From Moniliella sp. 'wahieum' (Eukaryota), in NCBI GenBank assembly GCA_003971905.1, contig RSEE01000063.1:248001-312000 (forward strand): a DNA stretch of 64,000 nt, given 5' to 3'. Position 1 is the stretch's first letter. The number at the start of each line of letters is the position of its first letter. Positions 1 to 12,640 of the stretch are shown piece after piece. The position numbers and the translations under genes were made by a program. Under the pieces are notes generated by a model. It did no database searches. It was not told the DNA's origin and saw only the letters and a list, made by a program, of their open reading frames with translations.

Positions 1-322
1 GCTGCAGAGTGGGGCAGGAAATGAAAGCGTGCAATGGAATGGGGAGAGAGGGCTCATATACATAGGTCGTGCATGAGCCTGTTCGTCAGCAAGGGAACGC
101 TGTTTTCTTCTACTTGTTAAGGCCGCGCCCTGCACCCTCCACCTTATCCATCTCTTCAAACATGGGTATTATCTTAAGACATCAGGTAGCGCGACATGCT
201 CGGGGGCAAATATGCCCTACAGACCAGGAGGCCGTCGATTCATTTTTCCAGTGTCAAGCGGTGAGCCTTTTAGCGCATCAGGCCTCAGGCCGCTCCGCCA
301 TTCGTTGGGGTGGTGACCCATC

Positions 323-1453
323 TCAGAGCCGCTTGATGATCTCCGTAAATGCACGAGTGCCCAGCGAGCGCCCAGGTCCCCTGTGCGTTGGCTTGAGCAA
401 TTGCCTTGAAGACAGCCGCCTCGATCTTGTCGGCCTTGTCAACAGGCTCATGTGGCGCAGCATCATGATCGACGACAGCAGCAGTGCGGTGGGTTGGCCT
501 TGTCCATCCCCGCAATGTCCGGGCTGAACCATGCACGGCCTCGAAGATGCTGGCGTCATAGCCAATGTTACCCGACGGGGTCAGGCCCAGGCCACGATCA
601 GACCGGCGCACATGTCGGACAAGATGTACCATACAAGTTGGGCATCACCATCACCCGGTCCGAGTAGGGTGCCGGGTCCTGCACGATCCGCAAGCAGGCG
701 CGGTCCAGCAGATCCTCGTCGTACGCAATGTCTGGGTACTCCTTGGCGACGGCGCGGCAGGCGTGCAGGAACATGCCGTCCGACATGCGCATAATGTTGG
801 CCTTGTGCACCGCCGTCACGCGCTTGCGCCCGCTCTGCTGCGCGTGGTGGAACGCGTACCGAGCAACCCGCTCGGACGCCTCGAGAGTGATCAGCTTGAT
901 CGACTGGACCACCCCATCGACAATCTCGTGCTCAATGCCCGAGTACTCGCCCTCGGTGTTCTCGCGGATGAGGACAGTGTTGACATTGTCGTAGGCCGTC
1001 TTGAAGCCCTCGATCGAGCGACAGGGACGCACGTTGGCGTACAGCTTGAACGTCGACGCAGCGTCAGGTTGAGAGAAACGTGGCCCTTGCCCACTGGGTG
1101 GCAAGGGGACCCTTGAGGGCAACCGTGTTCTGACGAATGCTCTTGACCGCATCAGCAGGGATGGTGACTTGCCCTGCTCGTTGATGTAAGGGGTAACCTC
1201 AACCTCCTCCCACTTGATGGGCACGCCGGCAGCGTGGTAAATGTTCTTGACGGCGTCAGCGACCGGGGCCAATGCCGTCACCAGGGATGAGGGTGACGAG
1301 GTACTTGCCGTCGGCCTCGGGCTTCTTGGCGTACGCGGTGATGCCGCCGGCGGGGGTCTGGAGGCCGCGGCTGAGGGCAGGGATGGCGGCGCGAGCCACG
1401 GGACGGAGGGAGGCGGCACGCACGCCGGCGCGAAGGGTGGGGAGGGCAAGCAT
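323..1453 (-). CDS. IDH2: NAD-dependent isocitrate dehydrogenase, catalytic-type subunit (mitochondrial), with several apparent indel errors
   Basis: Stitched ORFs: presequence MLALPTLRAGVRAASLRP (ATG 1453), [66 protein letters not shown], ending FTEIIKRL* at 323. Confidence 0.93.
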
Positions 1454-2028
1454 GGGCAACGAGATGGAGCGGTGGTGGAGCGGCGCGGGAACCGACGGGA
1501 GGAAAAATGGCAGCAATCCTTAGGCCTTGGGCCTTAGTCTGCTGCGCTCGATCGAACCGCGTGCGGCAGCAGCAGGCAGTGCGGATGCAGCACTGGCGCC
1601 GTGCCGGGCGCGGGGGAGCCACACTCGCCATGCGCCTGTGTCGTCACATTTCATTTCAATTCACTTCATGCTTCCTTCGCGTTGTCCTTTGCGTTCCATG
1701 GGCCCCGTGTCATTCGGCCTGACGAGCCACCCACACGCTGACGAAGCATCCCCACCGGGTGGTCCCGCGCCTAGCGTCCATCCCCCGGTTTGGCGGGCGC
1801 ATGGCGGATGGCCCGCGGCCGCCCCACCCGGTCATGCCCGTAGCTGACGTAGCAGCAGAAGGGAGAAGCAAAGAATGCCAGAATGTCCAAAACAAAAAGA
1901 AACAAAAAGAAAACTCGAAATCGCAAGAAAACTCACTCAACCAGAACGAAAACAGCGTCGAGCTAAGCAGACTTCGCGTCGCCCTACCCTCTCTGATCCC
2001 ATCTCCTTCCACCCACCACTCATTTCCC

Positions 2029-3261
2029 ATGGCCCTCCCTCGCAGCCTTGGTCTTGCCCACACGCTCCGTGCCGCGGCTGTGCCGCGTCTCGCCACGCGT
2101 GCCATGTCTACCCTGAGCATGGAAGGCGCCCCTCCCCTCCCCAAGAAGTACGGCGGTGTATCCGTCGTCACCCTGCCCTGGTGATGGCATTGGGAAGGAG
2201 GTGACCCATCGGTCAAACAGGTCTTCGAGTCGATCAGCGTTCCCGTCGAGTGGGAAGAGTTTGATGTCTCCGGCGAGACGCGCGGCAGCGAGGCCCTGTT
2301 CCAGGACGCAATGCAGTCTCTCCAGCAGCGCAACAAGGTCGGCCTGAAGGGTACGTCACCCCCCCCCCCCTCTCCCTTTCTCCTTGTATCCCCCTCCCCC
2401 CCTGCTTCCCCCGCTCTCTGCCAGCGCGAAAACGATCTGACATTACTCGTACCCAGGTATCTTCTACACCCCCATCGAGGCTGGCAGTCACAACTCGTGG
2501 AACGTGGCCATGCGCCAACAGCTCGACATTTACGCCTCAATGGTCCTTTGCAAGACCCTTCCGGGCCACGCTACGCGTCACCCCAACGTGGACTTTGTCA
2601 TCATTCGTGAAACACTGAGGGCGAATACTCGGGTCTGGAGCACCAGTCCTACCCTGGAGTGGTCGAGTCGCTCAAGGTATCGACTCGGGCCAAGGCCGAG
2701 CGGATTGCGCGGTTTGCGTTTGACTTTGCCGTGCGCAACGGGCGCAAAAGGTGACGTGTGTGCACAAGGCCAACATTATGAAGCTGGGTGACGGTCTCTT
2801 CCTCCGCACGTTTAACGAGGTGGCGAAGGAGTACTCTCACGCCGGGATCGAGCACAACGCGATGATTGTCGACAACACCTCCATGCAGCTGGTCAGCAAC
2901 CCGCAGCAGTTCGACGTGGTGGTCACGCCCAACTTGTACGGCAACATTGTGTCCAACATTGGTGCTGCGCTGGTGGGTGGGCCGGGTGTGATCCCCGGCG
3001 CGAACATTGGTCGGGAGTATGCGCTGTACGAGCCTGGCTGCCGCCATGTGGCCAAGGACATTGAGGGACGGGCAAGGCGAACCCGACGCGATGCTGCTTT
3101 CGTCGACGATGATGCTGCGGCACCTGGGGCTCAACGAGCACGCCAACGCGATTGCCAACTCGCTGTACAACGTCATCGCGGAGAAGCGGATTGGCACGCC
3201 GGACATTGGCGGCACGGCGACGACGCAGGAGTTCACCGACGCGGTGATCAAGAACTTGTGA
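2029..3261 (+). CDS. IDH1: NAD-dependent isocitrate dehydrogenase, regulatory-type subunit (mitochondrial); intron 2351-2456; indel errors
   Basis: Presequence [121 protein letters not shown]. Intron is GTACGT...CTGAC...CAG. Confidence 0.94.
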
Positions 3262-3672
3262 GTATGCGGGAGAACATAAAGCCAAAGATGTGGTGCCCCT
3301 GTGCTGGGCGAGCGGAAGAGGGCTGGGTTGGGGATTCGATCTTAGATGTGGATAGCCGGAGTGTGGGCGGCGCAGCCGTGCTGAGCTGAGGCGCTGCGGC
3401 GGCCAGGAACAGAGAGAGAGAGAGCGAGGGCAGGGGCTGGATTGAAACATTGGCGCTGATCGGTGATCGATGCAGGGAGCCAAGCAGCTCTTACTCGCGC
3501 CCACACTGGCGCCGTGGCAGGCCGCCGCCGGGCGGGCCGGCGAGCCTGCGCTTGGCAGCCGCAACTGCCACCAACACCCACCTGCGCTTGCCACCCCCAC
3601 CCCCACCACCTCAACGCCCTCCGCCCCCTGCCCCCTGCCCCCGGGCGCCCCCAGCCCCCCCCCTCCCCCCCA

Positions 3673-5815
3673 ATGCGTCCTTTCGGCGCACCCGCCCGCC
3701 GGCTCGCCCGCCGACGACGACGACGCGTGCCGCTGCTGCCTCTCGGCACCCCCCTCCCCCCGCTGCGCCGGCTCCCGACCCGCGCTTCACGCTCGACGAC
3801 GACGACGTCTTTGGGCCGGACTCAAGCCCACATAACAACAGCCATGCCATTCACGACTACGATGTCGAGGCACATGCCGACGCCATGCCCTTGCTCGGCG
3901 ACACCCATGCTTCCGCCTCTGTCGCCACCCCCTCGGGATCGCAGCACGCTTATCCGCCTCTTCGCCACGAGCAAGGAGGCGAAGAGCCATCGAAGCTGTT
4001 CCCGCCCCTACCTCCTTCCTACTACGACGCGATGCGTCCTGTCGAAAAGAAGGGCTTTGCTGCGTCCTTTGCCGAGTTCCGCCGCCGCCGCGAGTTTCGA
4101 GAACATATGAGCGGCATGCCCCAGTACGTGCCCGACTGGATCCGAGACGCCGGGGCCGCCGTCAAGCTCAAGACGTACCGCCTCTACCACCTCCTTACCC
4201 CGCACTCGCGCATCGCCCACATGAGCTACCTCGTAGCCGGCCTTTGGCTGCTTGTCGTCTTCACTGGCCCTGTGTTCGAGGCCACGTCGGACCCCCGCAT
4301 GTCGGACGACCCGTGGGCTGGGCAGGATCGCCCGTCAATCGTCGCCCGCCCACTCCCTTCATGGGAGACGGCCTGGTCCAGAAGAACGCCAGCTGGGCTC
4401 ATAAGGGATGCGTAACCGAAGCCGATGCTTCCTCTTGGGCTTGGTTCACCTGGTGCCACGCCCTCACCGAGTTCTACCTTCCCCTCACTGGCGATGACGT
4501 CACGGGGCACGTCTACTTCCTCCCGACCCACCACCGCCTTTGCCCCCCCTCCCGGGCTCGCATGCCCGGCGTGATGAGGAGTCCGAGCGGATGCGCCGCC
4601 GCCCTCTTCGTCGCCTCCATCCGCTTCGCCTCCAGCGGCCTCCGAACGCGACGACCGTGGCTCCTGCATGGCACTCTGCGCATCGTCGAGTACGTTCCGG
4701 ACCCTAGTTACCCAGAGCACAAATCGGCAGCCCGGGTCAGTGTGAAAGCCAAGTACCTGATGGCCGCTGAGAGTACTTTCTACGTCCACCGTCGTGCACC
4801 TGGCCCGGAATGGCGACCAAGGAATTGGGATCTACACCCGTCCCCCACCCTGTTAGTCCAGCAAGACCGCCCGCGGACAAGGTCACCGCTCTCCCCTCAT
4901 GTTCGATGTGACGGTGCGTGTGCCCAAGGCTTCCGCCATGCGCGGAATCAACGTCACCACCTCCAGCATGGATTATCCTGTTTGATACGCTCACCAGTGT
5001 TTCTCCCTCTTGGCGACGGTCCGAGCTCACACCCGCCGTGCGTGCCAACGAACCGATACTCCGACTGACCCGTATGTCGACAAGCTCACGATCAGCACAG
5101 GTGCTGGCTTTGTTGGCATCGGGAGCAAGTTGGGGCGGCCTTTAGTCGTGTCGGACCGGGTCGACCTGTCCTCCGACCAAAACACGGTTGCCCTCGCCGG
5201 CGTGGTCGAAGCAAAGAATGGGTTCACACTTTCTGCCAACCAGGGAGATTCCGTTTCCTCCCTGGTGCCCAAGCTTCCTCTTCAACCCAGGGAAAACTCC
5301 TGACCCAAACTGAGATTATCCTCATGCCCGAAGCCAAGGTTGTCGCGCCTACCATTGTGGCCGAGGCTCGAGCGTTCCAAGTCCACCATCATGGCAAGGA
5401 ACCGGGTAGTTGGAACCCATCCAAGTCCCTCTCGCTCCAGGCGAAGAGCAACCTCGAGGCGCACATTCGTATTCCCTCTTCTTCGGGGGTGGACATCTCT
5501 GCCTCGACGCACGCTGGCATATGGATTTCCTACTGGAGGACGTGGCGTTTGGCACGCCCGTTCGGCCAACGTTTCCTGCGACAAGGCATGCGGGGTTTCC
5601 CTTGGTCCGACCTACGTCGGTTCGGTGTTCCTCCGCGGTCCTTCCGGAGGCGGCGAGGGCAGCGCACCTACGTATTTCGATCCCCTTCCCAGCGCAACCA
5701 AATCCAAGGGCAAAGGCAAACCGTTCTTGAACTTCCTCGCCCAGCTACCGAGAGGAAGATCGACCCGGCCCCGTTGCCGGCCCGTCCCCACCATGGGCCC
5801 CCACGCCCGCTTTGA
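3673..5815 (+). CDS. Hypothetical single-pass membrane protein (boundaries approximate, several frameshifts)
   Basis: Chained coding-like ORFs 3450-4415, 4244-5068, 5010-5303 and 5324-5815: low-complexity N-terminus, hydrophobic segment SYLVAGLWLLVVFTGPVF, then a beta-rich-looking region (KLTISTGAGFVGIG...). Family not recognised. Confidence 0.5.
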
Positions 5816-7076
5816 GTGGCGCAGTGGATCGTCTCCTATGGCGCCCAGCCGGGAACGGGGACGCTGGCCAGCTCCAAGCTCAGACCAATGGGTCGTCGAT
5901 TTTCGTCGCGGGACGGTCGGAGGCGCGTGCGGTCCTGCTCTGATTGCCTTTTGGCGCCCCAGGCTAAGGCTTCAACTTGAAGCTTGAGGCGCGGACGTTG
6001 TTTCGTTCGTTTTATCATGGCGGAATAGGAGGTGCCTCCCACTCGACTCGGATCGGGTGCATCGTCATTCCTATCTGTCCAACATTGTATTCTCATCTGC
6101 TTTCTCTTCTTCTCATGGATCGCTGTGCATGTAGGACGGTGACGTGTGCGATCGGGAGGCTCGGACGCTCAGGGCTGGTATGATATATGACGACGGCAAT
6201 AGTTTGTAACTGAGACCTGCGGAGCCTGAGCTTGTATGCGCTTCTCAATGTGATGATGGCCACTGAAGGGGTGGGGGGTAGTATGTATAATGACATGGAT
6301 GCCATGGCGTATAGCATGTCGATGACCATGTGTCCCCTTCACGTCGTCGGGTGCTGGCACGCATTTTATTGTCTGTTCTGGATCTGCCTTTTCAGATCTC
6401 ACCACCACACCCCTATGTATGTTCTTTTCCTTTCACTCGAATTTCGCTTGATGACTATTTGGATTCTGGTCTGAAAGGCTGGATTCCTACCGTATTCCTA
6501 CTAGGTACTCCAGCGTAGACATTCGGGTATCTCGACGACCAAGTCGGTCTGCGTTGCTCCCGTTCGCTGCGAGAACCAAAGTGGACAAATGAGCACAAGC
6601 GTGGCTCCATCTCCCCTATGGGTAAGATCGTTGAGGTCGTTGCGGGCAGCGACAACAAAGCAGATAGCGCCGGCTGCACTACATCTAACCAGTAACACTA
6701 TGTACCTGGATAGGGATATAGCAATCAAGATCACAACGAGCTGGCCAACTGTGGACACGAGCAAGCTGGAGCCCCCAGCAAGAGGGCGCGTAACTGGGTA
6801 CGCACAGTAGTGTAGTGTATACAACTCGCAACTCACATACCAGACAAAGACTGTTGACAAAGCAGGAGCACAGTAGTGGGATGCCCGCGATAGGGGAGAG
6901 GGGGATGGGGAGGGGGGGCGGGGGGCATCTGTGCCCCTCTTCAGGAGCAAGGTTCGGATCCAAAGCACCGGGTAGACCGGGTAACATCAAGAGTATAATA
7001 CGGAGTGGTGTGGTGAGCCTTCACCTGTTGTGGGAGGCGAAGAGAAACAGGGGAAGGGGAAGGCTGCGGAAGCAGG

Positions 7077-7912
7077 TCAGCAGTTGCATCCCTGGGACCG
7101 GGTGCGAGAAGCATTAAGATCGACCTGATTTGCGTTGCCTTGTCCTGAATTGGACGCTGCCGCATTTTGGCGAGCACGCTGCGCCAGAATCTGGTCGATT
7201 GGGATCTTCTTGGCCAACTCGGTAAACACATCCTCCACACCCCCCGGTCTTGGCTGACGTCTCGAAAAAGAGAAGCCCCGCCTCCTTGGCGTACGCTTCG
7301 GCCTCCTCCCGTGGAACGGCACGCTTGACAACGGGTGTCTCCGTGTCGGCTGCCTCGGCATCTGGGGTACCCGACGAAGCTTCGGCAGTGCTGGCATCAG
7401 GAGTGAGGAGGTCAATCTTGTTGCCTACCAGGGCGATGATGATGTCGGGATTGGCTTGGCGCTGCAGTTCCTTGACCCACGACTTGGCCTTGTCGTATGA
7501 GGCGGCCTTGAGAACATCATAGACCACAATGCTGGCCTGGGCATTGCGGTAGTACATCGGTGCGAGGGAGTGGAAGCGCTCCTGGCCGGCAGTGTCCCAA
7601 ATCTCAAACTTGATGATCTTGTCTTCCAAGCGGCACTTTTGCTGCGATCCAGCACACAAACAAGAGGAGAGGGGGGGGAGGTTAGCCGATGCTCGCTCCA
7701 CATGTGAGGCCATGACAGGAAGAAACATACGGTCAAGAAGCGGCGCCAATGGTAGGCTCCTTGTTCTCTTGAAAGTCGTCCGACACAAAGCGAAGCACGA
7801 TGGAGGACTTGCCAACAGCGGCTTCGCCCAGGAGAACGAGCTTGGTCTGGAAGGGCTTTGCGGGGCTGGAGCCGGGCTGGGCAGAGGCAGGAGCGGGGGC
7901 TGCGGCAGACAT
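7077..7912 (-). CDS. VPS21: Rab5-family GTPase (Vps21/Ypt51-like); intron 7642-7730; one indel near 7240
   Basis: [54 protein letters not shown] and a C-terminal CNC prenylation motif. Confidence 0.93.
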
Positions 7913-8671
7913 GGCAGGCGCAATGTCGAGAGCGGGGGGCGCGGGCAGCCGAGCGAAACAAGGTGGTGGTGGGTGGGTCGACGTTCGAGCCAGGCAGGCC
8001 GTGGGGCGGCCGAGACGCCGCAGATGCGCAGGCTTTTTGTGGCTGCGGCCTGCGCCGCACCAGCGCCTCGGCGGAGGGACACTGGTCCTGTGCGGGCGCT
8101 GTGACGTAACGCTAGGCTCACTAGTCATTAGCGCTTAGCCCCCGCCACTGACGACGGGCGGCCGCCGCACCTGTGCTGTCTTCTGCCAGCCCCTGCCCCC
8201 TGCAGGCCGTCACGTGCGCCTGTGCCTCCGCTGCCATCAGGCCACGGACGCTGAGGCGCTGAGCTATCAGACCTCAGGCTCCCAGCTGGACAAAAGGAGG
8301 GGGGCGTCCTGACCCCTCGATACCTCGCCTCACAACGACAAGTAGCGCATCGAGCGTCTTGTCAACTGTCATTCAGAGTGTCTAGTCCAAGCTGTATCGC
8401 ACCCCGGCTCAAGGGTAGTCGATAGTGACCGGTGACCCCCCCACTGTGTGCAGAAAACCCAGAGTTAAACTGACCTTGACTAGCTCGGGGTATCGAGGAG
8501 CCCTTAGAGGTAGAGCTCGACAGAGCACCGGGAAACAAGGCGAATCTACCATCCCTTCTGTCCCAGTTGTGGGTCGCAACCGCCAACGATCAAGCAGAGT
8601 GGGGGGGGCACAAATCAAGCAGCCATGTGGGGCGATAAAGGGGGTGGGGCGTAGGGAAGCAGGCAGAGGTC

Positions 8672-9664
8672 TTATAGCGACTCTTCCTCGGCCAGTAATC
8701 GTTCCGCCTCCAACGCCGCGATGCAACCCGACCCGGCCGAGGTGATGGCCTGGCGGTACACCTTATCCTGCACGTCGCCAGCAGCGAATACACCCTTGAC
8801 CGACGTTTGAGCTGTGCCTGGCACCGTTTTGATGTACCCATCCTCGTCCAAGTCCAGCTGACCTTTGAAGAGCGCGGTAGCAGGAACGTGGCCGATGGCA
8901 TAAAATAGGCCATTGGCAGCCAACGACTTGCTCTCACTCGTCTTGTTGTTCCGGATAGTGACCGACTGGAGCAACTTGCCATCCCCACATGCCTCGGTAG
9001 CCGATGTATTGAAGAGGACGGTGACCTTGGGGTGCTTCAGCAGGCGATCTGCCATGATCCGCGATGCCCGTAGCTCGCCACGCCGGACCAAGACATAAAC
9101 GTGGGACGCATACTTGGTCAGGTAGGTAGCTTCCTCCGCTGCCGAGTCGCCGCCCCCAATGACGACCAACGGTTTGTTGCGGAAGATAGGCACAGCTCCA
9201 TCGCACACAGCACACGCTGAGATGCCCGACTGCCAATAGGTTTCCTCCCCGGGAAGGTTCATCCTCCGGGCCGATGCTCCCGTTGCAATAATAATTGAAT
9301 CGGCAGTCTCATGGGCATTCGCATCCGCTTCCCGCCCCTCGCGCCAGAGCTTGAAGGGCCGCACCGACAAATCTACCTTGGCAATCGTCTCCGTCACAAT
9401 CTCCGTCCCAAAACGCACGGATTGTGCACGTAACTTGTCCATCAGCGCTGAGCCGCCGACACCATCGGGAAAGCCTGGAAAATTCTCCACATCGGTGGTG
9501 GTGGTGAGCTGACCGCCAGCGGCAAAGCCATTGGCCAAGAAACCCTCAAACAGCGTAGGCTTCAGCTCGGCCCGGGCCAAGTAGATTGCAGCGGTGTGGC
9601 CGGCGGGTCCAGAGCCAATGACGACCACCTTGTGGTGTGTACGTTGGGTGGGGGCTGGAGGCAT
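8672..9664 (-). CDS. TRR1: Thioredoxin reductase (low-molecular-weight type); probable N-terminal extension from ATG 9876
   Basis: Intact 330-aa ORF with [31 protein letters not shown], the active site CAVC (SACAVCDG), [10 protein letters not shown] and [19 protein letters not shown]. Confidence 0.97.
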   Translation of the reverse strand: MPPAPTQRTHHKVVVIGSGPAGHTAAIYLARAELKPTLFEGFLANGFAAGGQLTTTTDVENFPGFPDGVGGSALMDKLRAQSVRFGTEIVTETIAKVDLSVRPFKLWREGREADANAHETADSIIIATGASARRMNLPGEETYWQSGISACAVCDGAVPIFRNKPLVVIGGGDSAAEEATYLTKYASHVYVLVRRGELRASRIMADRLLKHPKVTVLFNTSATEACGDGKLLQSVTIRNNKTSESKSLAANGLFYAIGHVPATALFKGQLDLDEDGYIKTVPGTAQTSVKGVFAAGDVQDKVYRQAITSAGSGCIAALEAERLLAEEESL

Positions 9665-9865
9665 GGTGGAGGGGGAGTAGGGGCATCAGTAGGGGTAAAG
9701 GTGGGAACGTTGGCATTGAAAGAACCCAGGCCGAGGGCGGCAGCGAGCGGGGCTGGTGGCACAGGGCGCGAGGCAGGCCGGCGGTAGGAGGAAGAAAAGG
9801 AGCGGTGGGACGGTGCACGCAGAGGGATCAGGCGGCGGATGGAGTTGGCAGGCGGAGGGCTGCGA

Positions 9866-12640
9866 AGGAGGAGCATGGCCAAGGGGAGGCACGATGGAAA
9901 TAGACAGCGGCTGCAAAAGTGCTTGCAAACCGAAGCTCCGACGGCTGAAGGCACGACGGCTGGAGGGAAGGCCATTAGGTAATACACCGGGGTTAAGCGG
10001 CTGGACGCTAAGCCAACGTTTGATCAGTTAAAGTGGCTCCAACTTGTTTGCCGTGGGATATTGGCGGGACAGACGTAAAAACCGAACCCATTGCCATGCA
10101 CACCTCGACCGGCTAGTCCACATCTGCCCCACCATCTGCTCGCGTCCTCATTGTATCCGCTGCAGTTGGTTCAGATGGGAAGCGGCGAAGGTAGGTACGG
10201 GAAACTTGTCGAGCCGCCCACCGCCTCCATATCACTGACTCCATCTCTCGATCATCCCATTATGGCAGCTCCCACACAATTTCTTGTCTGACTACCATTC
10301 CCGTTATTCTCTCTGTCATTAGCCTCTACAGATGCACACCCAATATCGAAGCTCGGAAGACAGGTCATATTGAACGCGCGGATGGAGACCCCGAAAAAGA
10401 CCAAGGGGAAGAGAAAAAGGAGGTAGTGCCAAACGCTTAAGCAGTAGGGCCCACGTGTTTAGCGTTCGAGTCGCCCCCATTCACGTTCCAATTGCGAGCA
10501 GGGGGCCGCAGCACACCAAGGTTGTTGTTGCGCGTGTGAATGGAAAGCTGCTCGAGAGACATCTCGAGCTGCTGGAGCTTGTGTTGTAAGGTGGGCATGG
10601 TAGCCGATCCCACTGGGATGGGATCGGCGCGCGGGAAACCACGAGGAAGCTTGCGGTTGTGCCGGACCAGCACATTATTCAGGCGGGCCACACAGCACCC
10701 TGGCGGGCCACCACGTCCGGGCGGCGAGCCAGAGCAGCAAAAAGAGGTTTGGCATCCGTTTCGTACGCCATCTGTCGCTCCTGGTTCCTTTGCGCCTCAA
10801 TACGCTCTTGCTTTTTTTTCCGCTCCATCATATCCTTGATCGTGGCGCGACGCTCGTTCAACGTGCGAGAACGAATGTGATTCTTCTTCTTCTCCATATA
10901 AAGCGCATGCAGAATCGCCTGCCGGTGGTCCTTCGAGTCGAACTTGCCCCACGGAAGAGCCACCGCACGCTCCCGCGGCTCCTGACCTGGCACCCTCGTC
11001 GGCTCGCTGTCGTACGACGCGTGGCGATGCAGGCCTCCGTCCTGGTAGTTGGACATAATGTGTTCCTAAGAGCTGATATGACAACTGTTAGCAGCAGCCC
11101 AGACGGAGATGCTGGTGATCAACCCCAGGGACCTCACAGGCGCAGAGAACGTACGTGGGGAGAGGAGGGCTGGGGCGTGTATGCAGCAGCAGGCTGGAGT
11201 GTAGGAAGTTCGCCAAGCAAGGCAATCGGCTTGGAGGAGGGGATGTGGGGGTAGAAAAAAGGAAGGAGGGAGGAGCTCCCGGCGCGCTATTTATCCTTTT
11301 CGGGCGCACATGCCGGCTGTTAGGTTGGACTGGGTATACAGAATGAGACCGCGCGGTGGGAATTGTGAGACGGGACGCGTCCAGAGCTGGCACAGCACGG
11401 CGTCGCTGTACTCTGGAGCGGGTCGTTGGAGCTACGCGAGGCTGTTTTGTCCTGCGGGGTCGGGCGGGTGGTGAGCGCCGGGGCCAGAGGCAGTTGTGCT
11501 CTCGGTTGCGCTGTTGTAGGTGAGTATACGCTGCAGTTTTTTGTCAGACTGGGCGTAGCAACGGTGACCAGGCAGAGGGAGAGGGTGGCGATGGCTGGGG
11601 GATCAGGCTTAGTACACAGTGGAGCAAATATCGCTGGAGTGTCCCCGTGGGTGCGGGCAGCTGCGCGCTGTTGTGGCCGTCACGAAACGGGACGAGGAAA
11701 GCCAGTATTAATGACTAGCAGCTGGGGCCCCGCACCCACGCTTTCTTTTGTTGGCACAGGCGGGGGGACAGTGTACCATGTACCCGCACACCATGCATGA
11801 TCTCTTTCATCCCGAGACGCAACAGACAGCACCCCTCACTGTGGCTACTAGTAGGATATGGTGCGGGCATCATACATCCCTTTGGGCCACTTGATGTCGA
11901 TGAGGTGAAGGGCGTGTATACACATGACTGGGTATCTGGCTTCAACTTCAAGCTCCAGCGCCAGTCTCCCGCTTGCCCCCATTTGCGCATCACAGCTATA
12001 CCATAGCTGAATTGACCACACCTTGACCACAAAAAACAGGCAGTCTAGGTCGAACAGTGTAGGTTCCAAACAGAGATCAGAGGCAGGGTCTCTATACTCA
12101 TATAGAGAAGACACTTGCACCGTGCAGGGACGGATGGACGCGGTTCAATACGCATTTTGGCATATAGTGAGTTGGTGAACAACATGAACAGTGTAGTGCC
12201 TCCAGGTGGGAGCCATCGATCATCTTCGATAGATGATTCCACAGGAACATGTGATTGACTGCGCCAACAGCTACAATCCCCCGCCCATCATGGCCACAGC
12301 TACTAATCCATCAGCGCAGCATCTCCATCCGTTTCAGCTATGAGGGCCTCTATTACCCTATAATCCTGTGCGTTCTATATATATGTCGTGTTTCATCCAG
12401 GGGTTGTATATTGCGCAATTGACTGTTGTGCACAACTACAGGATCTGTGGTAGAGCACACCTGCTTCGTCCTGGTGCTACATGCTCTCTACGTGACCATT
12501 GCGGATCCGTCCTGGCAGGGTCCTGACGGGGCCGTCCCGTTGCCAAAATAGAAGGCTCTGTTGACTACTGCGTACTGGTACTGATCGAGCTGATCCGAGT
12601 ACACTCGATCATAATATGGCGCTTGTGATCTCCGGAGCGG
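9866..12640. repeat. Left arm of a ~2.75 kb inverted segmental duplication (partner 19536-22272)
   Basis: Reverse complement matches 19536-22272 along its length. About 12120-12436 vs 19719-20040 reads as identical by eye, and the ORF track shows paired near-identical ORFs (MESSIEDDRW..., MSNY...). Confidence 0.95.
10437..11056 (-). CDS. Orphan basic/charged protein of ~206 aa, copy A (one frameshift near 10690)
   Basis: ORF 10679-11056 (MSNYQDGGLHRHASYD...) continues into 10437-10691 (ARLNNVLVRHN...HVGPTA*). It is retained in the second repeat arm and has a TATA-like ATAAATA upstream (~11288-11294). Confidence 0.6.

Noticed and set aside
323..3261. IDH genes as pseudogenes or programmed frameshifts
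   Set aside because: Indels are scattered across many unrelated genes with intact motifs; sequencing error is the simpler explanation.
6093..6720. Possible minus-strand His-rich small gene
   Set aside because: No consistent exon chain or recognisable homology.
12045..12242. 65-aa ORF conserved in both arms (also 19912-20109)
   Set aside because: It has a GTG start, and its conservation simply reflects DNA identity of the arms.
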